Shown here: in pieces, positions 16,982 through 19,874 of the stretch
How positions within the stretch are numbered: the stretch's first letter is position 1
Layout: each line of letters starts with the position of its first letter
From: Breznakia blatticola
Lineage (GTDB): Bacteria; Bacillota_I; Bacilli_A; Erysipelotrichales; Erysipelotrichaceae
DNA length: 19,874 nucleotides
Assembly: GCF_004365815.1 (NCBI RefSeq)
Contig: NZ_SODD01000046.1
Span: 1 to 19,874 of the forward strand
Direction: 5' to 3'
Program-made: the position numbers and the translations under genes
The notes under the pieces: generated by a model
Databases searched by the model: none
Told to the model about the DNA's origin: nothing
Seen by the model: only the letters and a program-made list of their open reading frames with translations

Positions 16982-17010
16982 TTTATAATTTTTTTTCATT
17001 TTTTATTCAA
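16982..17010 (-). promoter_or_regulatory. Candidate sigma-A promoter (TTGAAT-N17-TATAAA) driving element B.
   Basis: On the minus strand, TTGAAT is at 17005..17010 and TATAAA at 16982..16987, with a 17-nt spacer. The predicted TSS falls at the GAAGAT where the A/B/C homology begins. Confidence 0.5.
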
Positions 17011-17061
17011 ATTTAATACCATTACTATTTGATTGATAGTTTTGATTGTTGTAAGGTGTAT

Positions 17062-17097
17062 TTCAATCAAAACAAAAGAACAATTTCTCGTTCTTTT
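17062..17097 (-). terminator. Rho-independent terminator downstream of the Cna-type adhesin gene.
   Basis: Stem AAAAGAAC-gagaaatt-GTTCTTTT followed by GTTTTGATTG on the minus strand. Confidence 0.7.
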
Positions 17098-17107
17098 TAA
17101 AATATAT

Positions 17108-17151
17108 AATCGTATCTTATTATCATATTTAACAGTATATAAGATACGATT
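17108..17151. other. Perfect 13-bp inverted repeat with an 18-nt loop, function unknown.
   Basis: aatcgtatcttat (17108..17120) pairs with ataagatacgatt (17139..17151). It lies ~100 nt after the Cna gene stop codon. Confidence 0.7.
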
Positions 17152-17253
17152 GTTATTGTCCACTAAGTTACATTATATAACAATTAGTTATAACTAAATA
17201 AACATATTGTTAATAACCTATAGTTTTAAACGTGAGAGTAACACTCATGTTTC

Positions 17254-19506
17254 TTATACTTTGCGTCTTCTACGAATTGCTACTAGTATACATAGAGATA
17301 TCCCACTAACAATCATCATTGCATATAGTATCGCTTTTGGACTTTGATCACCAGTACTCACTTTGCTTGAGGATACCACTGATGGATTAATAAGCAATTC
17401 CTTCTCTGGTTTCTTTGAAGGATTTGCTGGTGTCACAATTTCGGGTTGTTTAATCACTGGTGTTTCTACTACTGGTGGTTGTTCTATCATTGGATCTTCT
17501 GGTACAACAACTTCCTTCTTGTACGTATTAATAATCGTAAAATCCGTTTCTGTATTTTTTATTACTTTGGATGTATAGTTATTTGCTACTTCAAGTTCCA
17601 CAACTGTATAGGTTACCGATTTCCCATTAACTAACAACGGTAAATCATTCCATGTATATGTCCAATGATCTTGTTTTGTCACTATTGCATCAAATGTCGC
17701 AATTGCTACATGTTCATCTGTAGACTGAATCAGTTGAACCTTGATTTCATCAGGACGAATATCTAAATCATCATTCTCCCATTCTTTACTTACTGAAATG
17801 GATGTAAGTGGAAGTTTATATGTATTGGTAATTGTATAGTCATTTTTTGCATGTTCCTCAACACTTGCTGTGTAATTTTCTGCTACATGAATTTCATTTA
17901 CCGAATATGTAACTTCTTTATTTCCTTGAAAAGCAGGTAAATCATCCCATTGATATTCCCACACATTGTTGAGATCTTTTTCTATTTTTACGGTGTCCAC
18001 AATTGATGTATTTCCATCAACTGATTTTTGTAATTGCACTTCAACAAATGATGGACGTACCCACTGATCATCATCACCAGCCCACTTCTTAGTTACATGT
18101 ACACTGGTTCTTGGTACTTGATACGTATTTACAATCGTGAAATTATTAAATGAATTTTCAATTACTGTCTCAGTATAGTTATTTGGTACACTTGCTTCAT
18201 GTACTGAATATGTTACATATGTAGTACCTTCCAGCATTGGTAAATTGGTGAACTCATATTGCCATTGATTTTTTGCATTCAAATCAATTTGACCAATTTG
18301 CACTGGGCTTCCACCTTTTAGTGTTTTGTATAAATTCACAGTTACAGTTTCTGGATGTGTAATTTCTGGATCATCACTTTCCCATACTTTATGAACTTTC
18401 ACGCTAGTTGATGCATCACCAGAACCAACTCCACCAGTTACAAGACGTTGATCATATGCTTCGATTGTCCCAGATTCATAGTTATCTCCTTCAATCGTAG
18501 CTTTATTTAAATAGATTTGTGAAACTTTATTGTCTAAGATGCGTGTAGAATACTTAATATATAAAGATTTTCCATCCGCTTTCGCTTCTTGTTTTGTTGC
18601 TTCATCATTTGGGGTAAATACTCCACCGTTTTCTGGTAATGCTGTGGATGCACCACTAACAAGATTACCCAAATGTACTGTAAATCCATCACTTTGAAGT
18701 ACAAATCGCTCTGGATTTGTATTTGATGTATAGTATCCAAAATACTTCCAAGATGATGCTCCTTTATCATTCCAATCAATACGTGCGACTTGCACTGTGA
18801 TTGCTGGCTTTGTTGGATCATCTACTACAAGTTCATGTTTTCCAATAATTTCATCAATGACACTCGCATTGTAAATATCCTCAGCAGCAACATTTACACG
18901 AATCGTCCAATCGATAGTATTGGTTGTCGTATTCGCTGTTCCCCACTTTGTGATTTTTTCATCACGTGGTTCATAATTTGCTTTACCTACCCAAACATCT
19001 TGACTACTTGTATCACTGAATTGAAGTACAAGATCTTCAGCACCTGCTACTTCATTGCGATCCCATGATGCAACAACAAAAAAGTATCCTTTACGATTCT
19101 GCTTATTCTTAAAATAATCATTGAATGTAATGGTAATACTCTTATCTGATGCATTCATACTTGCATTTGCAACTACAATTTCCGTTTCATTATTTTCTGC
19201 GTCAATTTCTTTAAGCTCAAATTCAAGATTTTTCACACTTAATTGCGAAGGTAGTTGAATAACTACAGTATCTCCACTATTTACTTCATAAGTATCATCA
19301 AATGCATATTCATAATACACACGCATCGAATCATAGTATCCATAGTATTGACTATCTTCACCTGTATACGTTGTTACTTTTCCACTTACGATAAAATCGT
19401 TTTGTGAAATGCTACCTTGTGCTTCTGTAGCTAGTATTTTTCCCGTGTACGAGAACATTCCTGCAAGCACAAAAAAAACTACCACAATTTTACTTATTTT
19501 CCTCAT
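17254..19506 (-). CDS. Cna-type collagen-adhesin-like surface protein: signal peptide, collagen-binding-type A region, three Cna-B repeats, Pro-rich stalk and a sorting signal, 750 aa.
   Basis: The A region has SGDTVVIQLPSQL and IDWTIRVNV. The Cna-B repeats read V.K.W..DD...RP..V.V.L......W.Y.W.DLP......V.Y.V.E..V...Y. The C-terminus carries KVSTGD, a hydrophobic segment and RRRRKV. An AAGGAGGAA SD is present. Confidence 0.92.
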   Translation of the reverse strand: MRKISKIVVVFFVLAGMFSYTGKILATEAQGSISQNDFIVSGKVTTYTGEDSQYYGYYDSMRVYYEYAFDDTYEVNSGDTVVIQLPSQLSVKNLEFELKEIDAENNETEIVVANASMNASDKSITITFNDYFKNKQNRKGYFFVVASWDRNEVAGAEDLVLQFSDTSSQDVWVGKANYEPRDEKITKWGTANTTTNTIDWTIRVNVAAEDIYNASVIDEIIGKHELVVDDPTKPAITVQVARIDWNDKGASSWKYFGYYTSNTNPERFVLQSDGFTVHLGNLVSGASTALPENGGVFTPNDEATKQEAKADGKSLYIKYSTRILDNKVSQIYLNKATIEGDNYESGTIEAYDQRLVTGGVGSGDASTSVKVHKVWESDDPEITHPETVTVNLYKTLKGGSPVQIGQIDLNAKNQWQYEFTNLPMLEGTTYVTYSVHEASVPNNYTETVIENSFNNFTIVNTYQVPRTSVHVTKKWAGDDDQWVRPSFVEVQLQKSVDGNTSIVDTVKIEKDLNNVWEYQWDDLPAFQGNKEVTYSVNEIHVAENYTASVEEHAKNDYTITNTYKLPLTSISVSKEWENDDLDIRPDEIKVQLIQSTDEHVAIATFDAIVTKQDHWTYTWNDLPLLVNGKSVTYTVVELEVANNYTSKVIKNTETDFTIINTYKKEVVVPEDPMIEQPPVVETPVIKQPEIVTPANPSKKPEKELLINPSVVSSSKVSTGDQSPKAILYAMMIVSGISLCILVAIRRRRKV
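17518..18411. repeat. Three tandem Cna-B domain-encoding repeats (~97-100 codons each).
   Basis: Protein repeats at aa 366-463, 467-563 and 568-663, counted by hand from the start at 19506. Confidence 0.75.
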
Positions 19507-19573
19507 GGTTCCTCCTTATAAAACACACTTTGGTTTCACACACCAATTGTCTCTTTCAAGACTCAGCGAGGCT

Positions 19574-19603
19574 ATTATACTATGTTCATTTCAATTTTTC
19601 CAA
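19574..19603 (-). promoter_or_regulatory. Candidate sigma-A promoter of the Cna-type adhesin gene (TGGAAA-N17-TATAAT).
   Basis: A perfect TATAAT lies on the minus strand at 19574..19579 and TGGAAA at 19597..19602. This is ~68 nt upstream of the ATG and downstream of the element C terminator. Confidence 0.55.
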
Positions 19604-19621
19604 TGTAATAATATTTTTCTT

Positions 19622-19758
19622 TAAAACAAAAAGAAAAGCAATCCAGGTAGCATATGGATTGCTTTTCAAACTTCTTGGTGTGTGTGTGAAGTCCAAAAGG
19701 ATAACTCATATTGAGTACCCTTTCACCTTAATAGACTCTTTGAATAAAGAAAATCTTC
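19622..19758 (-). ncRNA. Copy C of the ~140-nt repeated two-hairpin element, ending in a strong intrinsic terminator.
   Basis: GAAGATTTT...GTCTAtTAAGgtGAAagGGTACTCA...GGACTTC[acacacacaccaa]GAAGTTT, followed by a perfect 13-bp stem GAAAAGCAATCCA/TGGATTGCTTTTC and TTTTTGTTTT. Confidence 0.5.
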
Positions 19759-19781
19759 ACTTTTTTCGATTATTTTATAAT

Positions 19782-19874
19782 GGCTTAATTCAACCGATGC
19801 GCACCTAACTTAGATTGTTACATGTATGATGATACATTGAAATGTAAGATTACCATATAAAAATAAGGAAGGTA
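19782..19874. repeat. Right copy of the perfect 93-bp terminal inverted repeat.
   Basis: Exact reverse complement of 2..94. It abuts AT-rich non-coding DNA whose sequence aligns with the promoter region of element B. Confidence 0.9.

Noticed and set aside
16930-17000. Small ORFs in the 736-bp gap (a 17-codon MKKNYKFPKILEKLKSI, and a 14-codon MATFFKSVLLFNIA near 16680..16725).
   Set aside because: Neither has a properly spaced SD. The first starts upstream of the predicted TSS and contains the -10 box. The second lies inside the terminator stem-loop.
18534-18821. 95-aa minus-strand ORF within the Cna-type adhesin gene.
   Set aside because: It is out of frame with, and completely nested in, a gene with clear domain structure. 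It has no independent support.
19530-19808. 92-aa plus-strand ORF that ends in the same LIQPMRT peptide as the kinase stump.
   Set aside because: It runs through the Cna promoter, the element C terminator hairpin and the inverted repeat. The shared C-terminus is simply the repeat read in the same frame. No SD is present and the composition is not protein-like.
1-19874. Interpretation of the window as a small linear phage or plasmid genome with terminal inverted repeats (about 20 kb, as in phi29-type phages).
   Set aside because: There are no terminal protein, DNA polymerase, capsid, tail or packaging genes. The content is chromosomal-type transporters, regulators and adhesins, and a truncated housekeeping-type kinase abuts the repeat.
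1-19874. Search for CRISPR arrays, tRNA and rRNA genes.
   Set aside because: I saw no regularly spaced direct repeats with unique spacers and no cloverleaf-compatible or rRNA-like segments. The only tandem repeats are in-frame coding repeats.

Overview
Low-GC, Firmicutes-like segment. All 12 supportable genes are on the minus strand. The window is bounded by a perfect 93-bp inverted repeat (2..94 vs 19782..19874), and the left copy truncates a PfkB-type sugar kinase gene. In transcription order (right to left) the content is: a Cna-type collagen-adhesin-like surface protein; a 736-bp non-coding gap; a 1040-aa adhesin with 309-bp tandem repeats; a membrane-tethered ECF-type sigma factor; a 609-bp non-coding gap; an LRR surface protein; a second, paralogous tethered sigma factor; a Bce-type peptide-antibiotic module (OmpR-type RR, intramembrane-sensing HK, two small genes, ABC ATPase and FtsX permease, with a TTACA-N4-TGTAA box); a P-type cation ATPase; and the kinase stump. 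Main hunting results: (1) two single-polypeptide sigma-TM-extracytoplasmic-domain proteins, each directly downstream of a surface-protein gene, with no anti-sigma gene nearby; (2) three same-orientation copies of a ~140-nt two-hairpin element with CA-rich loops in the intergenic regions; (3) TGTGTG motifs just upstream of all five adhesin and sigma start codons, complementary to those loops, including one 10-nt perfect match; (4) non-canonical x-V-x-T-G-D sorting signals on all three surface proteins; (5) an IS-like terminal inverted-repeat architecture that suggests a composite transposon or an invertible segment. No rRNA, tRNA or CRISPR was recognised. All functional links are inference from sequence reading only.
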